A stretch of 64,000 nt of DNA from a virus: the IMG/VR virus record IMGVR_UViG_3300000530_000014, positions 4,968 to 68,967 of that record; one strand, given 5' to 3'. A model generated the notes under the pieces. It was given only the letters and a program-made list of their open reading frames with translations. It did not search any database and was not told the origin of the DNA. The position numbers were made by a program, and so were the translations under genes. Positions 37,509 through 46,067 of this stretch are shown here, in pieces (positions within the stretch are counted from its first letter, which is position 1; every line of letters begins with the position of its first letter).

Positions 37509-38515
37509 TATAGTTTTTCTAATAGATTACAAAAATCTCTGGTATTCTTTGGCAGAATGTTGAGATTATAACATTTTATTTCAAATCCACGATCTCTAAG
37601 TGTTTTTTGTATCCACGCCTCGTCGATTATCGATAGAGAAATATGTTCCCAACTATAATCTTCTTGATTTAAGATTTTGTTAACAATAGTCTGGCATTCG
37701 TTATCTCTATTGATATAAAACTGTTTTTTGAGCCATTCCTGCCTGATGTATTCTATTTCGTGATCGCTTACATTCTGCATATCGATTTCAAAAAAAGACA
37801 GTACAGTTTTTATGTAATTTTTAAAATCAGATTTAATACTACTAAGTGGAATAAAAATTACATCATTTGTTACAATCGACTTCTGCGCATATTGAAAAGA
37901 TGAAATTTCTACCTCAGATCTTGAAAACCAGTACAAGGATAATAATTCTCTTAATTCCCAGTTACCGAAATCGTCAACATTTCCTTTATTCCAAGCTCTA
38001 ATATTTTCAGTATCTACCTCTATTTGTATGTATGCTTTTAATCTATCTATTATATCAAAATGCATCGAAGGCAAGTACTTTTTCTGATATCCGAGACAGG
38101 AATAATCTTCATTGAATACCTCATCACTTAGAAATGATTTAGTAAAACCATTATTTTCTTTCCATAATACAGATCCCGAATCGGGGTACAAAATTAATAT
38201 TTTATTAAAATGTTTAATTAAAAATTCAATATCATCAATAATTACTTGAGCCATTCCGTATGTATGACACCGTTTGTTTTGATTAATTCCCTCAAATAGA
38301 TTTGGATGTATTCTAGAAAATTTAAATTTATTATTCAGTCTGATATGTTCAAATAATTTTTCTTTGGGTATAAAAAAATTGCCCTTAAATTTATGACTAT
38401 TTCCATTTTCGTTAAAAGGTAATGATGTACGCACACCATCGAAATAATTAACTAACCATTCAGTGAATGTTCCGTAGCATCCGCCAGGATAATAGATTAG
38501 ATTTTGATGTTCCAT
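37508..38515 (-). CDS. hypothetical protein, possibly sulfotransferase-like fold
   Basis: YYPGGCYGTF N-terminal loop, SRIHP; markedly AT-rich. Confidence 0.5.
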   Translation of the reverse strand: MEHQNLIYYPGGCYGTFTEWLVNYFDGVRTSLPFNENGNSHKFKGNFFIPKEKLFEHIRLNNKFKFSRIHPNLFEGINQNKRCHTYGMAQVIIDDIEFLIKHFNKILILYPDSGSVLWKENNGFTKSFLSDEVFNEDYSCLGYQKKYLPSMHFDIIDRLKAYIQIEVDTENIRAWNKGNVDDFGNWELRELLSLYWFSRSEVEISSFQYAQKSIVTNDVIFIPLSSIKSDFKNYIKTVLSFFEIDMQNVSDHEIEYIRQEWLKKQFYINRDNECQTIVNKILNQEDYSWEHISLSIIDEAWIQKTLRDRGFEIKCYNLNILPKNTRDFCNLLEKL

Positions 38516-38544
38516 TAAATAATTGATTTGAATAATTTTAGTAA

Positions 38545-38573
38545 AATATAAGAGGCATTGCGCCTCTTATATT
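38545..38573 (-). terminator. terminator hairpin after ferritin-like gene
   Basis: 12-bp perfect stem AATATAAGAGGC/GCCTCTTATATT, T-run after. Confidence 0.75.
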
Positions 38574-39267
38574 ACCAACCGTAAGCGGCAGCTACTAGTT
38601 CGCGACCTGATTCGACAGCAACGGTGTTTTTGCATGAGATTTCATACAAGTCTTTACGCATTTTAGCAACTAATTCTTCGCAACGAGCAAAGTCAGCTTC
38701 TGTTTTCAATAATTGTTCTAATTTACGTGCACCGATTTTAGCATGGAAGCCTTCGTCACGAGCGATCTTAGCATAAGCACCGCTGATGAATTTATCTTCG
38801 ATACATTCTGCCATCTGGAACCAAACAGCTTCAGCACGACCTTCGGCAACTAGTTGATAAGCAGCTAGTGCAACAGCATCGTTTTCAGCGTCATATTTTT
38901 CTAACAAGCCAGCACCTTTAGCTGTGGGTTTAGCAGCTTCAGCGGCAATAGCAGCTTCAACATCTACTGGTGCACCTTGGATGTGCTCGATAACTTCTTT
39001 AACTAAACGGAAGTGTACGGCTTCGTCCATGGCTTGTTTGGTCAATAGTTCTAGTTCAACTGGATCTGCGTCAGCTGGCATCTGTGCGATTGCGTTGCTG
39101 ATTTCAACCATGTTCATGCGTTCGTTGACCATACGACCGATAAAGTGCTCAACTAATTCTTCTTGAGCTGGTTTGCTATCAAAGTAGGCTTTGACGTTGA
39201 TCTTGCTAGCTTGGAACAGTGCTTGGTTCTCAGCTACGATTTTTTCAACAAATTGTTTTGCGTTCAT
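38572..39267 (-). CDS. ferritin-like diiron-carboxylate protein
   Basis: E...DEAVH...E...DEGFH: two ExxH motifs on a four-helix pattern. Confidence 0.8.
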   Translation of the reverse strand: MNAKQFVEKIVAENQALFQASKINVKAYFDSKPAQEELVEHFIGRMVNERMNMVEISNAIAQMPADADPVELELLTKQAMDEAVHFRLVKEVIEHIQGAPVDVEAAIAAEAAKPTAKGAGLLEKYDAENDAVALAAYQLVAEGRAEAVWFQMAECIEDKFISGAYAKIARDEGFHAKIGARKLEQLLKTEADFARCEELVAKMRKDLYEISCKNTVAVESGRELVAAAYGW

Positions 39268-39346
39268 TTTAGGATTCCTTTTGTATTGGAGTTTTCTATC
39301 GATAGATAACTAAGTGTATATATCAATTTTTAGCGATATACAGAAA

Positions 39347-39352
39347 TATTTA
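39347..39352 (-). promoter_or_regulatory. late promoter motif for ferritin-like gene
   Basis: TAAATA ~80 nt upstream of ATG, AAGGA RBS. Confidence 0.5.
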
Positions 39353-39373
39353 TCCTTTTTGAGAAAAAATACA

Positions 39374-40105
39374 ATGAACACTAAAATTTTTGCACTTATC
39401 GAAAAAAATCTAAAATCCGCCTTTGATGTACCTAAATACCAAAATCTAACATTCGATGAAAATACTATAGTAGAACAGTTACCTTGGACCCCAGCCAAAT
39501 ATCGTAAATTTAAAGATCGCGTTGAAGCAGAACTACATTTACCCTGTGATTATCATGGCACACTACTGGAAATAGTCGACGATTTAGATCAACGCTATAT
39601 TCATAGATTCTTCGCTGAAATGTGGAAGCCCAGGACCGGTGACTATGACTACAGTGGGTGGGCGTTAGTAGACGAAATTAATGAACAAGATCCGCAACAT
39701 GTATTGGATGTAGGCTGTGGGTATCATCCATTCAAAGGCCGTATTAAAAATCTCACAGGAATCGACCCTTACAATGACTGTGCTGATTATATGGTTGATG
39801 TATTAGAATATACCATGAATGTAGGGAAGCATGATCATATCGTTGCATTGGGATCTATTAATTTTGGCACTAGAGAGGATATTGAACAGAGATTCGCACA
39901 CTGTGTGAAACTATTAGCAGGTAACGGAAAGTTCTATCTCAGAGCTAATCCTGGGATTCCGCATAAAACAGGACCGTATGTAGATATATTTCCCTGGAGT
40001 TTCACTATAGTTGGAGAGCTAGCTGAAAAGTACAATTTAAAACTGCTAGAGTTTAAAAAGGATAAGAACGACAGATTATATTTTGTTTATCAAAAACTAG
40101 ACTAA
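39374..40105 (+). CDS. class I SAM-dependent methyltransferase with N-terminal extension
   Basis: VLDVGCG, GIDP, ALGSINF, LRANP; start adjusted to MNTKIF. Confidence 0.85.
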   Translation: MNTKIFALIEKNLKSAFDVPKYQNLTFDENTIVEQLPWTPAKYRKFKDRVEAELHLPCDYHGTLLEIVDDLDQRYIHRFFAEMWKPRTGDYDYSGWALVDEINEQDPQHVLDVGCGYHPFKGRIKNLTGIDPYNDCADYMVDVLEYTMNVGKHDHIVALGSINFGTREDIEQRFAHCVKLLAGNGKFYLRANPGIPHKTGPYVDIFPWSFTIVGELAEKYNLKLLEFKKDKNDRLYFVYQKLD

Positions 40106-40161
40106 TCATCTTCCTAGCTTAATACTTATGCTTACAAATAAAAAATAAACAGTATTGAAAA

Positions 40162-40227
40162 GTCGGTTCCTCCTGAGTCTAAATATTTGTGTAGCCGTTC
40201 ACTAACATTCAAGGAGGAACGACATTG
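40162..40227 (+). promoter_or_regulatory. RBS-sequestering hairpin with late promoter in loop (phoH)
   Basis: GTC-G-GTTCCTCCT-GA pairs with TC-A-AGGAGGAAC-GAC; TAAATA at 40180-40185; TTG start at 40225. Confidence 0.8.
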
Positions 40228-40980
40228 TCCAAAAGAAGACAGCGTGCAGAAGCATTATTCTTGCAAGAAAGCCCCGAACGTATAAATAGCAACAACGCAG
40301 TAAAATTTGATCACTATAGAAAACCTACTAGCCGTCAAATATCTTTAATTCCTAAAAGCCGCACACAAGAACAGTATATAGATCTTTTAAACGATCCCAA
40401 TAAACTGATCATATTCGCCACAGGCCCAGCAGGTACAGGTAAGACCATGTTAGCTGTGCTAGCAGCACTACGTGCTCTCCGTGAAGGAGCCTGTGAACAT
40501 ATAGTAGTTACACGTCCAGCGGTTGGTGTTGATGATGAGGAGCATGGATTCTTGCCCGGCGATTTAAATGAAAAAATGGCACCTTGGACTAGACCTATAT
40601 TTGATATCATTGGAGAATACTATCGCCAGCCTGACATTGTGCGCATGTTAGAAGAACGCACCGTTGAGATCAGTCCACTAGCATACATGCGTGGTAGAAC
40701 ATTCAAAAACAGTTATATCATCGCTGATGAGATGCAGAATGCTACACCTAGCCAGATGAAGATGTTGTTGACACGCTTAGGAGAAGGCAGCAAGATGGTC
40801 GTCACAGGCGACACGCGACAAGCAGATCGCCAGGACAGCGAGAATGGTCTATTAGATTTCCAACGACTAGTAGAACGCTATCAAACCTGTGATTATGTAG
40901 CAGGTGTAGAATTCCAGCACCGTGATATACAACGTCACCCGGCAGTGCTAGAAGTACTTAAGATTTATAACGAGTTGTAG
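40225..40980 (+). CDS. phoH: PhoH-family ATPase
   Basis: GPAGTGKT, VTRPAV, GFLPG, YMRGRTF, DEMQN, TRLG, GD..Q.D. Confidence 0.95.
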   Translation: MSKRRQRAEALFLQESPERINSNNAVKFDHYRKPTSRQISLIPKSRTQEQYIDLLNDPNKLIIFATGPAGTGKTMLAVLAALRALREGACEHIVVTRPAVGVDDEEHGFLPGDLNEKMAPWTRPIFDIIGEYYRQPDIVRMLEERTVEISPLAYMRGRTFKNSYIIADEMQNATPSQMKMLLTRLGEGSKMVVTGDTRQADRQDSENGLLDFQRLVERYQTCDYVAGVEFQHRDIQRHPAVLEVLKIYNEL

Positions 40981-40983
40981 AGT

Positions 40984-41217
40984 CTAACGATTCTTAAGAT
41001 TAAACAGTTGGTTGTGTAGCTCGCTGAGATAGTTATTCTGTCTAGCGAGCTTGGTCTCAAGGTCAACTACACGATTGCGCAGTTCATCAATCATGCGCTG
41101 TTGCTGATCTATAGTGACAGTAGTTTCTTTAAGGCGTTTTTCATGTGTCATTAGATTAGGACGCGGCGGTCCTGTATATGGTTTTTTTACTTTTGGCTTA
41201 TACATTGAATATTTCAT
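40984..41217 (-). CDS. small coiled-coil hypothetical protein
   Basis: 77 aa, heptad-like. Confidence 0.6.
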   Translation of the reverse strand: MKYSMYKPKVKKPYTGPPRPNLMTHEKRLKETTVTIDQQQRMIDELRNRVVDLETKLARQNNYLSELHNQLFNLKNR

Positions 41218-41298
41218 ACAGTATCCATCATAAATAAGATTGTAGTTCGCGATATGGGGATATCCAACTACTCTAACAGTCGATAAGGAACTATCAGC

Positions 41299-41865
41299 AT
41301 GAATAATATTTATTATGTCTACGCATACCTTCGTAGTAAAGACTCAAAAACCTCTAAAGCAGGAACCCCATATTATATCGGTAAAGGATGCGGGAAACGG
41401 TACAAGGCGAAACATGGTAACATACCGATTCCAATTGATAAAACTAAAATAGTTATACTTGAAACTAATCTTACTAACCTAGGTGCATGTGCGATCGAGC
41501 GCCGATTAATACGGTGGTGGGGTCGTAAAGATTTAGGGACCGGCATATTATTAAATCGTACAGATGGTGGGGAAGGAGCAACTAACTTAGTCGGTAAAAA
41601 AGCATGGAATAAAGGAGTACCGATGTCCGAGTCTGCTAAGGTACATCTTAAAATGATTAATACAGGAAAGAAAATGTCTACTGACACATACAATAAAATG
41701 CTAGCGATAGCAGAATTTAGAAAAAACAAACCCGGAAAACTGCATTCAGAAGAGACGAAAGAAAAATTACGTCTTATAAATCTTGGTAAAAAATACGGTC
41801 CTCGATCACAGGAAACAAAAAATAAAATTAGTCTAGCACTTAAAGGAAAGTCAAAAATCAGATAA
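41299..41865 (+). mobile_element. GIY-YIG-like homing endonuclease with NUMOD3 repeats
   Basis: YVYAY...[32 protein letters not shown] / [10 protein letters not shown]; opposite to local gene direction. Confidence 0.85.
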
Positions 41866-42181
41866 AATATTTATCCCCAGGTACACTAGGTGTTTTAACA
41901 CATAACGTGTATGTATCTTCGGGGTAGTAGACTTCGCACTGTTCTAAAGGTTCAAAGATAAAACCTTCGCCTGCACTGATCTTTTCGCCGTTGACTACAG
42001 CACAACCTGAAGTGATAAGATTGATCTCAGTGGCTACTTGATGATAATGTCTGCGACTGTGTGTTCCTGCACTATCAAACATATAGGCTACTTCAAATTG
42101 GTCGGTTGTGTAGACAGCACGTTCAAATGCGCCTACAAACCAACCCCTATCGCCCGATTCACTCTGCCGAAACTTTTTCAT
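41858..42181 (-). CDS. cupin-fold protein
   Basis: [12 protein letters not shown] (HxH...E), VKTPS.PGDKY. Confidence 0.75.
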   Translation of the reverse strand: MKKFRQSESGDRGWFVGAFERAVYTTDQFEVAYMFDSAGTHSRRHYHQVATEINLITSGCAVVNGEKISAGEGFIFEPLEQCEVYYPEDTYTLCVKTPSVPGDKYFI

Positions 42182-42587
42182 CTGCAGACTTTTTCTTGCG
42201 AGATTTTTTAGGTTTTTCTTCTACGTCAACAGTGTCTGAGGATTCCTCTACAGTCTCTTCTTTGGGAATAAATTGTTCTAAGTATGCCATGTCTAACTGT
42301 GCCATGACCTGTATCACATATTGCGGGTATGCTTCAAGGAAATATTTAAACAATTCGTCAAAGGTTTTGCCATCGCCGAATCTATTGCGCTCAATCTTTT
42401 TAGTGTTGAGATTGAGTATAACACCTGCAGTAGAGATAGCAGATTTCTTCTCGCCTTTGGCAAACTCGATGCGTTCATCATAAGCGATATTTGCGGGATC
42501 GCTCATATATCCTTTAACGTGTGTCTGTCTAGGATCGCGTGGTCTCGCTGTATAATAAGCGTTTAGATAGATGTTTTTAGTGGTCAT
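42159..42587 (-). CDS. hypothetical protein
   Basis: 142 aa, acidic/basic tail. Confidence 0.65.
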   Translation of the reverse strand: MTTKNIYLNAYYTARPRDPRQTHVKGYMSDPANIAYDERIEFAKGEKKSAISTAGVILNLNTKKIERNRFGDGKTFDELFKYFLEAYPQYVIQVMAQLDMAYLEQFIPKEETVEESSDTVDVEEKPKKSRKKKSADEKVSAE

Positions 42588-43653
42588 TTGTTAAATTTAC
42601 TCCTAGGTAATCTGTATGATTAATATTTCTTCTCGAATCTAATTCATTGATAAAATGTCTAAGGCTATCATGGGAACCGTGGTTTAAAACTTTGTTTTCT
42701 AATAGAAAATCTACATTTTTTTTAAAAATTATATCTGTTTTATAAAATCTAATGTCTTTAAGATGTTCAATTTTATTGTAGGCATGTTGTTTTAGAGATG
42801 ATGGTAAATTTTCTATAGTTAAACTTTTAGCGCCTATTAAGTTAGACAAATTCCAAAACGCAGGAAACGATTCTAATTCAACGAAACTATCAAACCCCCA
42901 GATAGATACAGCATCAACTACAGTATTGAACATAATTTTAAAATCATTGGAAGAGACTATATTTAAATTTTCCATTAATTTATTCCAAGACATAGGATAC
43001 CTGTGATATTCATTTACTTTTCCTGTAGAATCAATTGATACCACAAGTAATACATCTTTAATTTTTTTTAAGTAACCGATTATTTCATCGGGAATATAAG
43101 TTAAATTGGTATTAATTACTAATTCGATATCTGGATTAATAATTGATACTTTCTTTATCAAATCTATGTAATCTTTTATTAAAAAAGGTTCTCCCCCGGC
43201 AAGATAGATTTTTTTTGTTTTATGTAAATCCAATGATAAATTTAAAGGATCTTTTTTTGGGAGCACGATTTTTAATTCTTTTTGCCATAAGCTGCTGTCA
43301 AATGGATTACACGAGACACAAGCTAAATTGCATTTATTATCATATCTTAAATCATAGAATACTGGGTTAAATTCAGGTGTTGATTCTGTATTAAAAAAAT
43401 TTCTTATTTCTGCGTTTTTTAACCATTTGATTGTTTCGTCTATCCGAGGACTTACTACATTATTTTCATCTTTTTCGTAGCAAGTACGGCAATGATCTAC
43501 TTTTTCACCTTGCCATATTTTTTCTAAGATTTCTTGCCGATTATCTACAGGAACCCGAGAATAACAACACAGATATTTTTTACCATCTAAATGGTAAAAA
43601 TCTTCAATCCACGGAACTACACAAAACGCAGGATTTTTTAATAAATTTTTCAT
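42577..43653 (-). CDS. radical SAM protein with N-terminal Cys cluster (SPASM/Twitch-like)
   Basis: CNLACVSC (CxxxCxxC), GGEP, NTN, SIDS; N-terminal FCVVPW...CC...CRTC. Confidence 0.88.
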   Translation of the reverse strand: MKNLLKNPAFCVVPWIEDFYHLDGKKYLCCYSRVPVDNRQEILEKIWQGEKVDHCRTCYEKDENNVVSPRIDETIKWLKNAEIRNFFNTESTPEFNPVFYDLRYDNKCNLACVSCNPFDSSLWQKELKIVLPKKDPLNLSLDLHKTKKIYLAGGEPFLIKDYIDLIKKVSIINPDIELVINTNLTYIPDEIIGYLKKIKDVLLVVSIDSTGKVNEYHRYPMSWNKLMENLNIVSSNDFKIMFNTVVDAVSIWGFDSFVELESFPAFWNLSNLIGAKSLTIENLPSSLKQHAYNKIEHLKDIRFYKTDIIFKKNVDFLLENKVLNHGSHDSLRHFINELDSRRNINHTDYLGVNLTNDH

Positions 43654-44576
43654 TGACCATCGATTTGACTGAGTTCTACTAGCATAGCTGATATGTTGAT
43701 CTCTTGATCTGCGCAGACTGGAGCATTGACCAAGGACTGTCTGATGACTAGTATAGCACGATCCTGTCCTTCTTCTGACTCACTCCATAGTTCTAAGTTA
43801 TCGTACGCCCAGCGGAAGATTCCATCCAAATCCTCTGCAGATGCTTGGCTGCAGATCGCTTGTCTGGCTTCTTTAACTTTTTTGCGCTTAAATAAATCTA
43901 CTGCGGTCAAACGCCAGTCTTGCACGCTACGATCGTTTTCGCTGGGTGCGTTTAAACTACCGGTAGTGCTGTTGGCTTGCAATAGATTTAAACACTTGCG
44001 CAGATCTGGATATGTGCTTTTGACATAGCTGTCTAATGTATCTAAATCAAACTCTACGCCTTCTTCAACTAACACAGTGGCTACACGTGCGGTAAATTCT
44101 GTGACATCAGTTTTATCAATATGGAACCCTTGACAGCGACTGTGTATAGCATCAATAATCCTGTGTGGATAGTTACAGGTCAATATGAATCTAGCTACAT
44201 CTGCATATGATTCCATAAGTCCACGTAATATAGCCTGTGCATTGACTGTGAGATAATCCGCTTCATCTAGCAATACTATCTTGAACTCGCCGAATGGCAT
44301 GGTGCTGACAAACCCTTCCACACGAGTACGTATAGTGTCAACGTTGTTGTCACGACTGGCGTTGATATGCAAGACATCAAAGTCGTTAACACCCAGCTCA
44401 TTGATCAATACCTTAGCCAGTGTAGTCTTACCAGTTCCGGGGCTGCCACTGAGCAAGATATGTGGTATCATTCCCTCTTTGATCCAATGTGAGACCTGTT
44501 GACGCTGATTCTCGTCTGTAAACACATATTCGCCAACAGTCTTGGGCCTAAATTTTTCTGTCCAAAGTTCACGCAT
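43650..44576 (-). CDS. RFC small-subunit-like clamp loader
   Basis: WTEKFRP, GSPGTGKTT, INAS, LDEAD, SRC, DLRK. Confidence 0.9.
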   Translation of the reverse strand: MRELWTEKFRPKTVGEYVFTDENQRQQVSHWIKEGMIPHILLSGSPGTGKTTLAKVLINELGVNDFDVLHINASRDNNVDTIRTRVEGFVSTMPFGEFKIVLLDEADYLTVNAQAILRGLMESYADVARFILTCNYPHRIIDAIHSRCQGFHIDKTDVTEFTARVATVLVEEGVEFDLDTLDSYVKSTYPDLRKCLNLLQANSTTGSLNAPSENDRSVQDWRLTAVDLFKRKKVKEARQAICSQASAEDLDGIFRWAYDNLELWSESEEGQDRAILVIRQSLVNAPVCADQEINISAMLVELSQIDGQ

Positions 44577-45015
44577 TTATTTCTTCCTCTAAATATCTCT
44601 TGAGTTCTTTGTCTGTGGGTTCTACACTATAGTTCTGTTTAAAAAAGATTTCGTAGCTGTCTGAACCATATTTTCCGATGCCATACAGCATTTTAGCATC
44701 TATACCGTCCCAAGTCAAAAAGTCTTCGCTCATGCGTCGTAATCTGTGTTCGCGCACATTTACCATACCTAATGGTCGTATGACATCTTTGACTTCTTCT
44801 AGTGTACTAGTTAGAAATAACTTAGGCGTAGGCCAAAGACTTAAAAACTTGGGCAATACTATTTTTACTGGTTTGCGACCTGTTTGGTTGAGCATGATAA
44901 CACCAACCATATGTTGCCATGCTCCCGAGATCTGTTGTTGCACCATGAGATCATCTCTCAAGGCTAGGATTTCAATATCCTTATCGTTCGTTCCTGCTCC
45001 CATTCTTCCTGCCAT
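44569..45015 (-). CDS. MBD4-like HhH DNA glycosylase
   Basis: LNQT, LW P, PLGM, GIGKYGSDSYEIF (HhH plus catalytic Asp); true start probably near 44961. Confidence 0.8.
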   Translation of the reverse strand: MAGRMGAGTNDKDIEILALRDDLMVQQQISGAWQHMVGVIMLNQTGRKPVKIVLPKFLSLWPTPKLFLTSTLEEVKDVIRPLGMVNVREHRLRRMSEDFLTWDGIDAKMLYGIGKYGSDSYEIFFKQNYSVEPTDKELKRYLEEEINA

Positions 45016-45197
45016 TTCGGTTCGTCATCAAATTGTGGTAGATTGCTGTACTGTTCATCTAACCATGATTTTAACAGGAATAGTTCATATTTGCAATGAT
45101 AACTGGTAAAACCGTCATTGTAAGGACTGTTTATTTCTCTTAACATCTGAGCGATAGCACTGCGTGCCTCTCTAAGATCAGGTTTACGGAACCCCAC
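44964..45197 (-). CDS. hypothetical protein
   Basis: 77 aa ORF in operon. Confidence 0.6.
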   Translation of the reverse strand: MGFRKPDLREARSAIAQMLREINSPYNDGFTSYHCKYELFLLKSWLDEQYSNLPQFDDEPKWQEEWEQERTIRILKS

Positions 45198-45201
45198 AGT
45201 G

Positions 45202-45573
45202 CTACCACCGTTCTCGACTTTCTACAGCGACTGCTGAGCTCTGTGTGTCGTCTGCAGGTTCTTCGTCAGTGACTAACATGATATCAGCATGATCTACACG
45301 ACGTATGACATGCTCGCCCAAATCATCTTCGATCTTGACGCCGCGTGTCCATCGCCCGTGTGCTACTAGGATCCACTGACCTACCTGCACATCCTGTTGA
45401 TCTGGACCTACTGCATAAACCCGTGCCCAACGTGGTCTGATACCAGCTGAACGGGCATCGTCATTTAATAAGAACAAACCACCTGAGGTGCGACGTTCAC
45501 CAAAATTCATGTCCGACACTATAACGTGATCGTTTAATGGTTGAATAGTTTTAATCTTAACGGCTGTGATCAT
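45202..45573 (-). CDS. groES: GroES/Cpn10-like co-chaperonin
   Basis: IQPLNDHVIV, T.GGLFL, VYAVGP, VQVGQ. Confidence 0.85.
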   Translation of the reverse strand: MITAVKIKTIQPLNDHVIVSDMNFGERRTSGGLFLLNDDARSAGIRPRWARVYAVGPDQQDVQVGQWILVAHGRWTRGVKIEDDLGEHVIRRVDHADIMLVTDEEPADDTQSSAVAVESRERW

Positions 45574-45576
45574 CTG

Positions 45577-46029
45577 TTAGATCCTCGATGGTCCATTGTT
45601 TTTGCGGACAGTTCTAGGATCAGGTAGTGGTTCCTGTGTCACAGTCTGTGATTTTGCTACACTACTGGCTAGACTACCTCGTGTTGCAGGTTGTGGTGCC
45701 GAATCAACAGATTCTGCAGGTTTTTCCACCGGAACTGTTAGGTTTTTAGCTAAATCATTGAGTTTTTTTGCATCTGTGGCTTCGATTAATCGTTGTTGTG
45801 CCATGTAGTTCTCCGGGTCAGTGGGACTGTAAGGTGTATCTGCTTCTGGAACAGAGTAGATCTGATCCATTAATTGATTTCTGCTGACTGCTATTTCATT
45901 TTTTGGACCTAGTAGATCACCTCGAGCATTGGTCTTCATATTTCCCACGGTCAAGGTGTTTTCATTCTGTAGTTTAATGCGGTCTACATCAATCATCTTG
46001 CCGCGTGCTGTTTTATAGAGCTTGGCCAT
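45577..46029 (-). CDS. hypothetical protein
   Basis: YKTARGKMID, VGNMKTNARGD; TATAAATA at 46059-46052. Confidence 0.65.
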   Translation of the reverse strand: MAKLYKTARGKMIDVDRIKLQNENTLTVGNMKTNARGDLLGPKNEIAVSRNQLMDQIYSVPEADTPYSPTDPENYMAQQRLIEATDAKKLNDLAKNLTVPVEKPAESVDSAPQPATRGSLASSVAKSQTVTQEPLPDPRTVRKNNGPSRI

Positions 46030-46067
46030 TTGTCATTCTCCTGTGTCTTGATATTTATATGCCGTGT

